From NCBI GenBank assembly GCA_965230455.1, contig CBDDKY010000003.1:110948-174947 (forward strand): 64,000 nt of DNA, read 5' to 3'. Shown here one piece after another: positions 1-10,166 of this stretch (position 1 is its first letter; every line of letters begins with the position of its first letter). Position numbers and translations under genes: made by a program. The DNA comes from Gammaproteobacteria bacterium. Its GTDB lineage: Bacteria; Pseudomonadota; Gammaproteobacteria; CBDDKY01. A model generated the notes under the pieces. The model was not told where the DNA came from. It was given only the letters and a program-made list of their open reading frames with translations, and ran no database searches.

Positions 1-478
1 CTGGTTCATAAAATCTAAAACCAACAGGAATCGTTAACGTATCACTGACCAATAGTAAAAAAATAATGTTTTGGCCACTAAAAAAACCAGCATGCTTTTT
101 GTCACGTATTTTATGCACCTTTGCAATTTCTGTTGTGTTTTTAGAGCGCTCACTATCTGTGTCATCAATCACAAGCACGCCTGATTTAATGCCATATCGT
201 TCTATTAATTTAATAACGCTGGCTTTTAACAATAACTCCCACGCAATTCTTGCTTTTTTAAACATCCAACACATGGCTGCTGCACTATATTTTCCGCAAC
301 TAAATCGCTCAAATCGAGCCCAGCATAATGAATTAGTAATGATTAAGCCCAATATGACAAAGGATAACCAGTAACACTGTAGCTTGCTCAATTTCTGTTC
401 TGGAGAATGCTGCTTGATAGCATCATTGAGTAATTCTACATAATCTTTTATGAATGGTAATCCTTCGCCTATAATCAT
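1..478 (-). CDS. DDE transposase, IS4-superfamily-like, N-terminal part; gene runs off the window start
   Basis: Minus-strand translation from ATG ~478 gives MIIGEGLPFIKDYVELLNDAIKQ...VLVIDDTDSERSKNTTEIAKVHKIRDKKHAGFFSGQNIIFLLLVSDTLTIPVGF, the DDTD..K / HKIRDKK pattern of IS4-type transposases. Absent from the ORF track because it is truncated by the window edge. The plus ORF 66..374 on the opposite strand is judged spurious. Confidence 0.45.
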   Translation of the reverse strand, partial: MIIGEGLPFIKDYVELLNDAIKQHSPEQKLSKLQCYWLSFVILGLIITNSLCWARFERFSCGKYSAAAMCWMFKKARIAWELLLKASVIKLIERYGIKSGVLVIDDTDSERSKNTTEIAKVHKIRDKKHAGFFSGQNIIFLLLVSDTLTIPVGFRFYEP

Positions 479-538
479 CCCGTGTCGCACCCTGATATAA
501 ATTTGTGCGGAAAATAATACAGAATTCAGCCTACAGCG

Positions 539-1672
539 TCAAAAACTTGATAGTCGAGTTAAACGGTAATCCACCGTCTGATTGATATGCTGATAAGGTA
601 CACTGTAGTAGTGTCCCTCAATGCAAACATGATAATCAAGTCCGACTTTAACGCGTTTTATGATGGCATGCTCATACCGTTGACTAGGTAGTGGTGCTAA
701 GGTTGATTTTTCTAGTGCTTCAAACTGTGAACGTCGGCTGCCCGTCAATTTTTGAAAGGGTTTATCATTGAGTTGTTTGAGTAAAGGCTTAATCGCGTCA
801 TTGAGTTCATCAATAGAGAAGAACTTTTGATGGCGTAACGGTGCCATGATAGCGCTTTCTACAAGCTTAACAGCCGCTTCTACTTTGGCTTTATCTTGTG
901 GTTTGCCGGGACGTGTTGGTAGCACGGTGGTATGATAATGACTGGCCCAAGCGGTGTAATGTGGATTTTTTTCTGGGTCATAATAACAAGCGTGAGTAAC
1001 ACCGGCTTTTTCATTATCAGGGATTATCAATTGGGGTACGCCGCCAAAGAACTCCAACATCTTAGTATGGCTTTCTAGCCAGTCAGGTATGCTACGCGTT
1101 AACGTGGCATAGACAAAGGTGAAATTGCTAGCGCCTAAGGTTGCTACAAATATTTTTGCTTGTAGGCTTTCTCCTGATTGTGGATGATAAATCGTGAGGG
1201 TGGGACCTGCGTAATCAACAAAACATTTTTCGCCGGCTTTGTGTACCTGACGCATGACAGGATTAAGTTGTTTGGCAAACTCACGATAACGTCGACAGAA
1301 CTCCGTATAACTGTAAGCTGCGCGTTGATAACGTGCCTTATACTCTTGCCACAACAGCTGTAAAGTGACACCTTTTTGTTTAAGCTCATGATGCACCGTT
1401 TCAAAGCAGGGTAACTGTTTGCTTTTGGATGAACTCAAGGTTAGTTGCTTACAATAAGGCTCTAATGCAGCCACCAGGGCTGAGTCTGTCATCTGCTCAG
1501 GTAGTGGCCATGTTAACCCAGCGTCGGTAAACGCTCGCGTGTAGTAGCTGACGGTACTTGCCGAAATACTAATGGATTTACTGATATCTCGGTTGGATAA
1601 TTTGCAGCTAAACTTGAGCCGCAATACGTCTTTTAATCTTCTCATCGTTAATCTCTTTGGGTTCATAACCAC
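539..1672 (-). CDS. istA: IS21 family transposase IstA (helix-turn-helix plus integrase core); no istB follows, so the element is truncated
   Basis: 377-aa ORF with an N-terminal HTH (RLKDVLRLKF, SNRDISKSISISASTV) and an rve-like core (VDYAGPTL..IFVATLGASNFTF). Architecture typical of IstA. The expected downstream istB is replaced by the IS4-like gene at 1..478. Confidence 0.75.
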   Translation of the reverse strand: MVMNPKRLTMRRLKDVLRLKFSCKLSNRDISKSISISASTVSYYTRAFTDAGLTWPLPEQMTDSALVAALEPYCKQLTLSSSKSKQLPCFETVHHELKQKGVTLQLLWQEYKARYQRAAYSYTEFCRRYREFAKQLNPVMRQVHKAGEKCFVDYAGPTLTIYHPQSGESLQAKIFVATLGASNFTFVYATLTRSIPDWLESHTKMLEFFGGVPQLIIPDNEKAGVTHACYYDPEKNPHYTAWASHYHTTVLPTRPGKPQDKAKVEAAVKLVESAIMAPLRHQKFFSIDELNDAIKPLLKQLNDKPFQKLTGSRRSQFEALEKSTLAPLPSQRYEHAIIKRVKVGLDYHVCIEGHYYSVPYQHINQTVDYRLTRLSSF

Positions 1673-1759
1673 CAGTCCTGCTTATGTTGAGTACAGGCTG
1701 ATAATTTATTACACGGAGAAGATAAAATACAGTGTTAAGTTATTGTTATTATTAGACTA

Positions 1760-1905
1760 TTATTTTGTCGATCGCTTGTTATTGGTTGTCGATCACTTAT
1801 TCTTAAACTCTTTAAAAAGTGATCGACAAAATAATAATGGTTGATCGATAAAAATCATAATAACCGATCGACTACATAATAATGACTGATCGATTCAATG
1901 GGAAT
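1760..1905. repeat. Cluster of short repeats with a CGATCG/TGATCGA core upstream of istA; putative multi-repeat terminus of the IS21 element
   Basis: gtcgatcgcttg, gtcgatcactta, gtgatcgacaaaataataatgg, ttgatcgataaaaatcataataa, ccgatcgactacataataatgactgatcgatt. IS21-family ends carry multiple IstA-binding repeats. Confidence 0.4.
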
Positions 1906-2196
1906 ATACACCTTTATCGGCGGAAGGCGAAGGCCAAGCGTTTAAGGCCTTTGCCTGGCGTTTCGTCAATATCATTGTGCGTGCCTTAGTGGCCTTGGGA
2001 CGCAAGCCGCGTTACAGCGAGATTGCCCGATTCATTGTAGATATCGAGCCGTTGTTATGGGATTACGTGGCGGTATTATTACAAGACGTTGAGGAAGATT
2101 GGCGACGTGTTGTGGCCCATGCCGCCACTAAAATCAATCTACGTGATATTCCCTTTAATCTTAAAGGCCGCAGTAAAGAGACGGTGTAAATTCACC

Positions 2197-2445
2197 TCAT
2201 AAATACGCCAAGACCTGCTATCGTCTCTCCCCAAGAAACGAATAGCTTGCCCTTAAGGCATAACGAACGTATTCAATAGGACTATTGAACGGGAATGTTC
2301 TTCATGCCATGGAGAACGTGTTTATTTTTTTGCTCGCCTCAACACTTACCCCCATTAATACACAGCCTATTGCGCAATAGGGAGGGTTGCTTCATGGCTG
2401 TGGATAATGGGGATAAGGCGCTGGCGGAGCAAATGGTGAAATGAT
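2197..2445. repeat. ~250-bp noncoding repeat, copy 1 (about 80 percent identical to 5095..5340), downstream of the ankyrin-like gene
   Basis: Shared blocks: ctccccaagaaacgaatagcttgcccttaaggcataa, ggagaacgtgtttatttttttg, ttaccc.cattaat.cacagcctattgcgcaata, gataatgggg. No conserved reading frame between the copies. Confidence 0.6.
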
Positions 2446-2550
2446 GTTTTGTCTAGAAGGCTGCGGTAAGTAACCCGCAGCAAGAAAGCCAAGTCGTGCA
2501 AGTCTACACGAAAACTTGGCTTCCACCCAACCGATGTCCATACACTGCTC

Positions 2551-4737
2551 TTAGCGAGAAGAGCCTGGCTGACAAATAATTATTTCTGACAAATCAGAGT
2601 CTTCCTCATCTGAATAAGCAGAGTCTTCACTATCAGATTCATTGTCACCAATACCATAGACGCTTGAAAGATTCCGATACATGGTTGAGCGACCTTGTAT
2701 TACTGCGGCAGTTCCAGCGGGATTATCAGCAAAATACTCCTCTTTCACCTCCGACTTGATAGCTGCCTGATTGAAAAGCGCATTAAGCCTGCAGAATTTT
2801 TCATCTATGACATCAAGATTATCTATGGTATTCCGGCCAGTGACTATGCCATAGCGAGCACGGTGAAGCTTTGCATCTCCTTTATAGCACTTACTTTCAC
2901 CCATAAAATCAGTGAAGCTTATTTTTTGGCCCATGAGCAATAACAAACTTCTTGCTTGTGCTACAGCGATAGGCAGTGAATCACTTTCGCTACCTTTCTT
3001 ATCATCATAGTCATGCACATTACCTTCTTCGTCTCGATAAAGACGAACCAACACCTCAACGATAGAAACTAAAAACAACCATGCATTCAACAAATGAACA
3101 GAACTTTGTTGCTTTTCACGAGCAGTTTTTTGCTCCTTTTTACCAGATAAGCTTTCAAATGAAGCATCTTCCTCCAATTTTATATTTCCATAATTATTGA
3201 CTTCATTCACATCAAAAGGAGATAGTTGATTAAGCTTTCCTCTCATCAGTGTTAGTAGCTTTTGCTTTCTATTGATGTTTGCTTTCTCCCAAGTAGCCCC
3301 CAATAAATATTGTATTCTAGCGATAAGGCCTGCACCATATTTCAAGTCATATTTAGAAGGGAATTCCATTTTGAAGTTTCCCATTTGCCTATATGTATAA
3401 GAGTTTTCTGTAGAAAATGTGATGTCCGTTACGCCTAGCCTAAAATTAATATTTGGCATTTGCTTATCTTTACTCAAGATTTTTGATAAGGCGATGAGAA
3501 AACTGCGTCGCACAAGCCCATCGACAACGAATGGTTGATTAGCATTATTAGCAAGATGCTCCCTAATCCGATTATAAATAGTATTTGACTGAGAGTTTGG
3601 CTTCATAGGGCGCCCCACTCTCAAAAATTTTTCAGTAACACGCCTTAACCACTTCCGCTCTACGCGTTGGGCTAAGTCTTTAGCTGGAATACCATAAGCT
3701 GCTCTGCCTTTATTATCTTGAAACTTAATTGTTTTTTCTAGATATTTGGATACATCTATTTTATCTGAAGCTAACATATTAGTGAGTTCGTCAACTGATG
3801 TCCCATCTGATTCGATACTAGATAGGTCTTCAGAAGGCTCATTTTTGACTTCTTTTGGAGTTAATTCATCTAGCCAATTTCCAAATATATTTACTTGTTT
3901 CATCAGCGCCTGTAGCACAGGCTTGAGCTCATTTATTTTAAGGCTTTTACTGTCTTTCAAACTACTGTCTACCCGGAGTAGCCATTGCTCAATAGCCGCT
4001 TTATTTTTAAAATTCTCTTTCTCTGCATTTCTATCAGTTATTCTAGCTAATTTGTACAGACTATTTATAAGCTTGCTTCGCTGTTCCTCTGTGATGAGAG
4101 CTCCATTCACTTCTTGAAATGCTGTTATATGTTTTGATAATATTTCAGCCATACTCTCCAGTGTATATACGGCAGCGGGAATGGTCTCTCCTGCTAGCAA
4201 TGCAAGGATGTGAGGATTATTGGTACGTTGTGCAATCTCTTGTGTTTTATCGTCGCTAGTCCGCCGATAGACTTCATGCATTTCTCCGTAGTGAGATGTG
4301 CATGCAAACATTCCACTACTATCATCTATTTGCCGCTGCTCTCGAACTGATTCTGTGCTTTTTAGTATTTCTTTATCAATACCAGCTTTCAATAGTTTAT
4401 CAACTGCACAGATGTTTTGACATTGGATTGCAATATGCAATAGAGTGCTGCGTGTTGTTGTCGTATACCAATTTTCATAAGAACTAGAGTCATGAGAGTC
4501 ATATTTTGTACCAATATCCAATGTGCTAATATCAAAATCAAATAGCTCAGGATTGATATCTTTTCCAGCAACAATAAGCTCTTTTGCTTGCACAAAGCTA
4601 ATCTTATTGGGAGTAGTAGAGCTTGCTACTATCTTTTCATCTATCTTACTGTTTGTTCTTTTCTTCTTTGAGTTTCCCATGATGATTCCTTCTTTGTTGC
4701 TGTCAACGTCAACTAAGCCTAAAGCTTCGTTAAGCAT
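2551..4737 (-). CDS. Large hypothetical protein (728 aa) with at least one ankyrin-like repeat; candidate secreted or host-interaction protein
   Basis: Long ORF. The motif TLLHIAIQCQNICAVDKLLKAGIDKE resembles an ankyrin repeat. No other recognisable domain; Ser/Asp/Glu-rich C-terminus. Confidence 0.45.
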   Translation of the reverse strand: MLNEALGLVDVDSNKEGIIMGNSKKKRTNSKIDEKIVASSTTPNKISFVQAKELIVAGKDINPELFDFDISTLDIGTKYDSHDSSSYENWYTTTTRSTLLHIAIQCQNICAVDKLLKAGIDKEILKSTESVREQRQIDDSSGMFACTSHYGEMHEVYRRTSDDKTQEIAQRTNNPHILALLAGETIPAAVYTLESMAEILSKHITAFQEVNGALITEEQRSKLINSLYKLARITDRNAEKENFKNKAAIEQWLLRVDSSLKDSKSLKINELKPVLQALMKQVNIFGNWLDELTPKEVKNEPSEDLSSIESDGTSVDELTNMLASDKIDVSKYLEKTIKFQDNKGRAAYGIPAKDLAQRVERKWLRRVTEKFLRVGRPMKPNSQSNTIYNRIREHLANNANQPFVVDGLVRRSFLIALSKILSKDKQMPNINFRLGVTDITFSTENSYTYRQMGNFKMEFPSKYDLKYGAGLIARIQYLLGATWEKANINRKQKLLTLMRGKLNQLSPFDVNEVNNYGNIKLEEDASFESLSGKKEQKTAREKQQSSVHLLNAWLFLVSIVEVLVRLYRDEEGNVHDYDDKKGSESDSLPIAVAQARSLLLLMGQKISFTDFMGESKCYKGDAKLHRARYGIVTGRNTIDNLDVIDEKFCRLNALFNQAAIKSEVKEEYFADNPAGTAAVIQGRSTMYRNLSSVYGIGDNESDSEDSAYSDEEDSDLSEIIICQPGSSR

Positions 4738-4786
4738 CGGTAGATTATGCTAGATTTGATTACTATCATTTATATCTGGGGCAATA

Positions 4787-4967
4787 ATCCTAAAATCCTC
4801 AGTTGAAATCTACTGCGGCCGCCTAACTCACCGAATCTAAAGGATTTTTCTCAATATTTTTTATTCACCGTATGGGTGATACGCTTTCACAAAAAATATT
4901 GAGAAAAATCCTTTATCTTCAGCAACTAAGTCGGCCTCGCGACGATTTCAACTGAGGATTTTAGGAT
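4787..4967. repeat. MITE-like palindromic element, family A, copy 1 (181 bp)
   Basis: Terminal inverted repeats atcctaaaatcctcagttgaaatc ... gatttcaactgaggattttaggat with a palindromic core (..cctttagattcggtgagttaggcggcc.. type arms). The same element recurs at 33730, 37018, 41158 and 45075. Confidence 0.7.
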
Positions 4968-5094
4968 AATAGTAAAGTAGCCAGAATATAACATGATAAT
5001 AAACAGCTAAGAAGAGTAGTAGTAAAATGCTAACTTCACTAGTTTGCATGGTTTCATGCCTTGTGATGTGCGTGGATGCTATACTCACACGATA

Positions 5095-5340
5095 TGCTAT
5101 ATCGGGACTCGCTATTGTTTCTCCCCGAGAAACGGATAGCTTGCCCTTAAGGCATAATGGATGCATTCAATAGAACTATTGGATGGAAGTTTTCTCCAGT
5201 CCTGGAGAACATGTTTGCTTTTTTGTTTGCCTTTCTAATACTTACCCTCATTAATGCACAACCTACTGCGCAATATGGGGGCTTCATGACTATAGATAAT
5301 GGGGTGGTGGAGCTAAAATGGTTTGACAATACTCTTTTGG
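5095..5340. repeat. ~250-bp noncoding repeat, copy 2 (pairs with 2197..2445), upstream of the ankyrin-like gene and MITE A1
   Basis: See copy 1. Same orientation, so together the two copies form direct repeats bracketing 2551..4967. Confidence 0.6.
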
Positions 5341-5689
5341 ATAGGTTTTATTTGACGTTATTTTCTTTTCTCGAACTCAGTGGATGGTAATTGAACACTA
5401 GTAGTACATGTTTTTATCTCATCTTGGTTTTTTTTCAATCTTTTGCAAACCCTGGCGAGATTTTATCACGCCCTACACTATTTTAAGAGCTTATTGGCGC
5501 TTCCTTCTCACGCTGAAGTTTGTGGAGCATGAAATGAATTGTCAATAAAATATACAGAGTAGGCTCAAACACATAAGCAGAAAGTTACCCTGAAAAATTT
5601 ATCAGCAATTCCCGCTGGCCTTGAATAGTTAAAAATATCAACATGTTACGACCCATTAAGTAATTATTTTTCGCAATAATTTTGCGGGA

Positions 5690-5835
5690 ATAGCTTCCTG
5701 TTATTGATTTCGCCTACGCGGAGCAAGTCCGCGTGGACGGCGATTCAAGGGGAGCTTACGCTTACTCCCCTTGAAAATCCCCAGGCGGTTTGTGAGCAAT
5801 TCCCTGCGGGAATTGCTGAAAATTTATAATAGAGC
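5690..5835. repeat. Small hairpin-rich repeat, family C (inverted relative to copy 25195..25290, with a ~65-bp internal insertion)
   Basis: Shares gcaattcccgcagggaattgctcacaaa and cgaaatcaataaca..attcc.gcaa.attgcgaaaaata with 25195..25290. The extra segment gatttcgcctacgcggagcaagtccgcgtggacggcgattcaaggggagcttacgcttactccccttgaa is itself hairpin-rich and resembles 36640..36700. Confidence 0.5.
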
Positions 5836-5998
5836 TTTCAAAGAGCCTTCTTACTCTGGTAAACTCTCCTTCGGTTGCTAACTAGATAGATAACTATTTA
5901 ATCTTTATTTAATTTCCCAGCCAAATGCTTAAAAGTGACTTTTATCGCTAAAGATTTTTTGGGCACAGTGGTATATAAAATTTTAAGTGAGGTGAGAC

Positions 5999-6304
5999 AT
6001 GGAATATATATATAACGATGTGGTGGAATTTTTTTTTGCTTCAGCTCTGTTTATTAATGCAATGCTTTTTTTACCTCAAGCTTGGAAGGTTTTTAAACAT
6101 AAACGCTCAGGAGAAGTTTCATTAATCACCTTTGGTGGTTTTTTGATCACTCAATTATTAACCGTTATCCATGCCTCGATTAAAAATGATTATGTATTAC
6201 TCGGAGGTTATATTTTAGCCATGTCCTCTTGTGGTTTAGTTGTTGCTCTAGCTTTATATTATCGAATTAAAAATAAATTCTTAACTAAAAAAGCAAGGAT
6301 ATAA
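5999..6304 (+). CDS. Small 3-TM membrane protein, PQ-loop / SemiSWEET-like
   Basis: 101 aa with three predicted TM helices and an LPQ motif in TM1 (FLPQAWKVFKHKRSGEVSLITF), as in SemiSWEET/PQ-loop proteins. Reasonable upstream region. Confidence 0.45.
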   Translation: MEYIYNDVVEFFFASALFINAMLFLPQAWKVFKHKRSGEVSLITFGGFLITQLLTVIHASIKNDYVLLGGYILAMSSCGLVVALALYYRIKNKFLTKKARI

Positions 6305-6307
6305 AAT

Positions 6308-7561
6308 ATGCAAAGCAGAAAAATGTTTATTGACCTTTTGCCTTATAAACCATCGATCATTTTAACATGCAAGCATACTAAAAAAAGAGTCTTGCAGTTA
6401 GCTTATAAGTTATTAGCAGAAGTCATAGAGAGTATAGATGACTTCTACCGCGCTAGAAATTTTTCATGCTTTGACCCACATGTTGGTGAAAACTTATGCC
6501 AAATCAGAGCGTGTCAATTTTTTGCACTACTTCAAGACTATGAGAGTAATCAATTTATTGTTAAACAGTCCTATAGTAAAGAACGCCAACTGTGTAAAGC
6601 AAAGCTTTTAACACTTGAAGAGCTCTCACAGCAAGAAGCGAGTAATAATGAGCCAATAAATATTGTAGATTTTTTGGAAAGCTTTAAGCTAAATATTTCG
6701 CTCTCAGAGACTACTGCTTTTTTAACTATCTCTCATTTTTTGACTAAATTTAGAATTTTTAATGAGCATGAAAATACGGTGATAGACTATTCTTCACTTA
6801 TAGGCGATTGGCAAATTTCAAAGAATTTAGCCCGAAGAATGGTGCATGAATACCAAAAATATATTTCTGAGACTTCTTCTAAGTTTGTGGCAGCTAAACT
6901 GCCTGGGTGTCAGCAGCTTGATATTGATCCAGACATTTTGAGGTTATTAAATTTTCGAGATGATGATGGACGTTATACATCTCCCAACTTTTTAGCAACA
7001 GCAATTTTGTTGGACTATTTGATTAAGTTTAAAGTGAGTATTTTTTTATCTATAAGGAGTGATGCAGGTCATGAAATTATAGGACTTTTATTTGAGGTGA
7101 ACAAAAAATCATCAGGCTATGTTTTGTCTGAGGTAAATGGAAAAAGTAAACATTTGCCTTGTATTGTAATGAGTGCTATAACTAAAACCAGTATCAGAAG
7201 CCAGGTTGATAAAGCTCACTTTAGACAGTATTTACTTAATGTCGGCTTAATTAAAACTATTATGTTGAATATGGCTGGGCACCCCCAATATAGTGGTAAA
7301 AAATTGAGACCTATGGCAAATAACCCTTTTATTCCTCTAATTTCCAGTGGTAATACAAAAATATCAAGCAATGCCATATTGTTAAGCCAACATTTCCAAA
7401 AGTTGAAAACTCTTTCTACAGTAATTGGTTGTAAACAAAATGACTATCGACTGCTATGTATTAGACATATTTACTTTGATAACTTAGGCAACCAACTTAA
7501 TATGCTTAAAGATAATAAGTTTTACTCAGACATACTCAGTGAAATCACTGAAATAGCTTAG
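6308..7561 (+). CDS. Hypothetical protein (417 aa), no recognisable domain
   Basis: Long uninterrupted ORF, co-oriented and tightly spaced between 5999..6304 and the kinase gene at 7593. Confidence 0.5.
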   Translation: MQSRKMFIDLLPYKPSIILTCKHTKKRVLQLAYKLLAEVIESIDDFYRARNFSCFDPHVGENLCQIRACQFFALLQDYESNQFIVKQSYSKERQLCKAKLLTLEELSQQEASNNEPINIVDFLESFKLNISLSETTAFLTISHFLTKFRIFNEHENTVIDYSSLIGDWQISKNLARRMVHEYQKYISETSSKFVAAKLPGCQQLDIDPDILRLLNFRDDDGRYTSPNFLATAILLDYLIKFKVSIFLSIRSDAGHEIIGLLFEVNKKSSGYVLSEVNGKSKHLPCIVMSAITKTSIRSQVDKAHFRQYLLNVGLIKTIMLNMAGHPQYSGKKLRPMANNPFIPLISSGNTKISSNAILLSQHFQKLKTLSTVIGCKQNDYRLLCIRHIYFDNLGNQLNMLKDNKFYSDILSEITEIA

Positions 7562-7592
7562 CAATAATAAAGCCTGATGTCTGATTTTCATA

Positions 7593-9560
7593 ATGTTTAA
7601 ATGGATTTATTCAATGAAAAATTTATCAATTAATGATGCAAATAGTGTGCGCGAGTATTTTGAAAATATTATCGCTCTACTACCTGGGCATATTTTTTGG
7701 AAGGATTTAGAGTGCCGATTTTTAGGTTGTAACGACAAGCAAGCACAGATAGCAGGTCTTTCTTCTAGGCATGAAATTATCGGATTAAATTCTATAGATG
7801 TTATTTCTAAAAACCAACCTAAAGAGCTAAGAAAAAAACAAGCTATGGCAATTGATGCTATTGACATGAAAATCATGCGTAGCGGAATACCTGAAACCAT
7901 AGAAGAACCTTTTGTCACTGAAGAGGGAGAAGAAAGAATTTTCTTATCACAAAAAGTTCCTATAAAAGATAGCGAGGATAAAGTCATTGGGCTGCTAGGA
8001 ATAGCCATTGATATAACTGAACAAAAGAGAATGGAGAGAGAGCTCAGTAGAGCTCGAGACCAAGCTGAATTAGCCAACAAAGCTAAATCAGCTTTTTTAG
8101 CCAATATTAGTCATGATACACGAACACCATTATCTGGCATCATTACTTTGTCAGAAGCTATGATGAAGGATTCTAAGTTACTAACAATAGAGAATATCAT
8201 ACATATTAATAAGTCTAGTCAATCATTGCTTGACATGATGAATAAAGTGTTAGACTTTATTCGTATAGAGTCACCAGATTTTAGGGAGCTACAAAAAGCA
8301 GAGTTATTTTCTATATCACAATTAGTTGATGATGTTTTTTCTCTGTATAGGCCAAGTTTTAATACTAAGAAAATAAAGTTCAAAATAAACATTGCCAAGA
8401 ATATGCCACCTTGCCTTTTCAGTAAACCTTTTTTTATTTATAAGATATTTGTTAATCTTATTGGTAATGCTCTCAAATTCACTGAGAAAGGGTATGTCTC
8501 GCTTGATGTTTGGCTAAAAGGGCGTAAGTTTTGTTTTTCTATAACAGATACGGGGTCCGGAATTCCAGATAAAGAAAAAGCAAAGATTTTTGAATGGTTT
8601 GAAAAATTAAATCCATCTTACAAAAGCACTCTTGATGGGATGGGGCTTGGCTTAGCCTTAGTTAAAACAGCTTTAGAAGACTTAAATGGCAACATTCAAG
8701 TGCTGGATAACAAGGATGGAGGGACTATTTTTTCTGGCGAGATTCCTATTGAAATACCTTCTTCAGTTGATAAGAAAAATACTGATATTCCCCCCATTGG
8801 AAGTAGTAGACTACAACAAAATAATACTTTTAAAGAAATAAAGCTTGAATCAAAAAAGTATATTTTGCTTGTAGAAGATAGTGAAATAGCTGGTATGGCC
8901 GCTAAACTGGTTTTAGAGCAAGTAGGATTTGTTGTGGACTGGGTTAAAACAGGGCAAGATGGCTTAGCTGCTATCTTGGCTGGAAAGTATAATATGTTCA
9001 TATTAGATATAGGCTTACCTGATATGGCTGGTGATGAGGTAATAGTTCAAGCAAGGATAGCTGGTACTAAAGAGCCTGCTTATGCTTTAACAGGGCATGC
9101 TGACATAGATAGGGAGGAGTTAATAGCTAAAGGATTTACCGAGGTTATGGTTAAGCCATTGGATATCAAAAGCTTTTTAGATTTTATAAAGGAAAACGAT
9201 GATGAATTTGAACTAGGGAAAAGTGACATAAAAATAGTTGATTTAAATTTAGGTGAAAATTTTGGTTTTGATAAAAGACAAGCAAAAGAAATATTAGCCA
9301 CCTTTATTGCAGGTTTAGATATTGATGTGCAAGACTTAAAAAAAGCCATTGAAAAAACAGATATAAAAAAATTACAAAATATTTTACATCGTATAAAGGG
9401 TGGCGCTAGTTATGCTTGTGTACCCAAGTTAGATACAGAATTGAAAATAGCACATTCTGCAATAAAAGCGGGTGATGTCCTAAATTTGGAAGAACTATTT
9501 AATCCACTTTTTTTAGCCATTGAGGAGTTAATAGAAGTATTTGAGAAGGGCTCCTTCTGA
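7593..9560 (+). CDS. Hybrid sensor histidine kinase (PAS - HisKA - HATPase - receiver - HPt)
   Basis: H-box ISHDTRTPLSGII. N/G boxes LIGNALKFT and DTGSGIPDKEKAKIFEWF. Receiver ILLVEDSEIAG...FILDIGLPDMAG. C-terminal HPt HRIKGGASYACVPKL. Confidence 0.85.
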   Translation: MFKWIYSMKNLSINDANSVREYFENIIALLPGHIFWKDLECRFLGCNDKQAQIAGLSSRHEIIGLNSIDVISKNQPKELRKKQAMAIDAIDMKIMRSGIPETIEEPFVTEEGEERIFLSQKVPIKDSEDKVIGLLGIAIDITEQKRMERELSRARDQAELANKAKSAFLANISHDTRTPLSGIITLSEAMMKDSKLLTIENIIHINKSSQSLLDMMNKVLDFIRIESPDFRELQKAELFSISQLVDDVFSLYRPSFNTKKIKFKINIAKNMPPCLFSKPFFIYKIFVNLIGNALKFTEKGYVSLDVWLKGRKFCFSITDTGSGIPDKEKAKIFEWFEKLNPSYKSTLDGMGLGLALVKTALEDLNGNIQVLDNKDGGTIFSGEIPIEIPSSVDKKNTDIPPIGSSRLQQNNTFKEIKLESKKYILLVEDSEIAGMAAKLVLEQVGFVVDWVKTGQDGLAAILAGKYNMFILDIGLPDMAGDEVIVQARIAGTKEPAYALTGHADIDREELIAKGFTEVMVKPLDIKSFLDFIKENDDEFELGKSDIKIVDLNLGENFGFDKRQAKEILATFIAGLDIDVQDLKKAIEKTDIKKLQNILHRIKGGASYACVPKLDTELKIAHSAIKAGDVLNLEELFNPLFLAIEELIEVFEKGSF

Positions 9561-9618
9561 TTAAATGTAAAAGCCAAAACTTAATCTGACAATCAGTAGT
9601 TATCAGGCAGGTTGCTTG

Positions 9619-10166
9619 TCAGTTAACTGTTGGATATTTTTCATGCTCACAAAGCGTCGCGCTCTGTGAGTCTTGATTCTTATGCGCGTCATCGGATAGC
9701 GCGATGCTGCCTGCGCCTGTTGTACCACCGCTCGGTGATACAACATTCTCGGCCAGCTCAAATAAAGTATCAAGCTGTTTCTCACGTGCTAACGGTTTAG
9801 CCTCTAAAAAAGTTTGCCAAGGTGTTTTACCATAGCAGTACTTGCCAGAATGCGGGCGAAACTCATTATATTGCTTTAACCAGTTACTCACATCTTGCTG
9901 CAACTCATCCACGCTTTGATAAACCTTTTTCCTAAAAGCAACATCATAAAACTCTTGCTTCATGGTACGATGAAACCGTTCACAAATCCCATTGGTCTGC
10001 GGAGAGCGGGCCTTTGTCTTGCTATGGTCAATATTTTCAATGGCTATAAAAAGCTGATAGGCATGCTCTTGCACTTTACCACAATATTCAGTCCCTCTGT
10101 CGGTTAAAATACGGAGTAAATCAACACCCTGCTCTTGAAACCAAGGAACAACGGTTTCATTCAGCA
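9619..10166 (-). pseudogene. IS481-family transposase, C-terminal integrase-core fragment, truncated by the IS630 insertion at 10167
   Basis: LRILTDRGTEYCG...KARSPQTNGICERFHRTMKQEF is the conserved DDE E-region of IS481-type transposases. The reading frame runs straight into the IS630 left end at 10167. Confidence 0.7.

Noticed and set aside
66-374. Plus-strand ORF of 102 aa
   Set aside because: Antisense to a better-supported IS4-like transposase reading frame. No RBS. Odd composition.
1977-2189. 70-aa ORF (actually the tail of a longer frame opening further upstream)
   Set aside because: It looks like the 3-prime remnant of a gene disrupted by the IS21 insertion. No identifiable family, so not called.
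2489-2519. Hairpin downstream of the ankyrin-like gene as a terminator
   Set aside because: The stem is imperfect and not followed by a U-tract on the transcribed strand.
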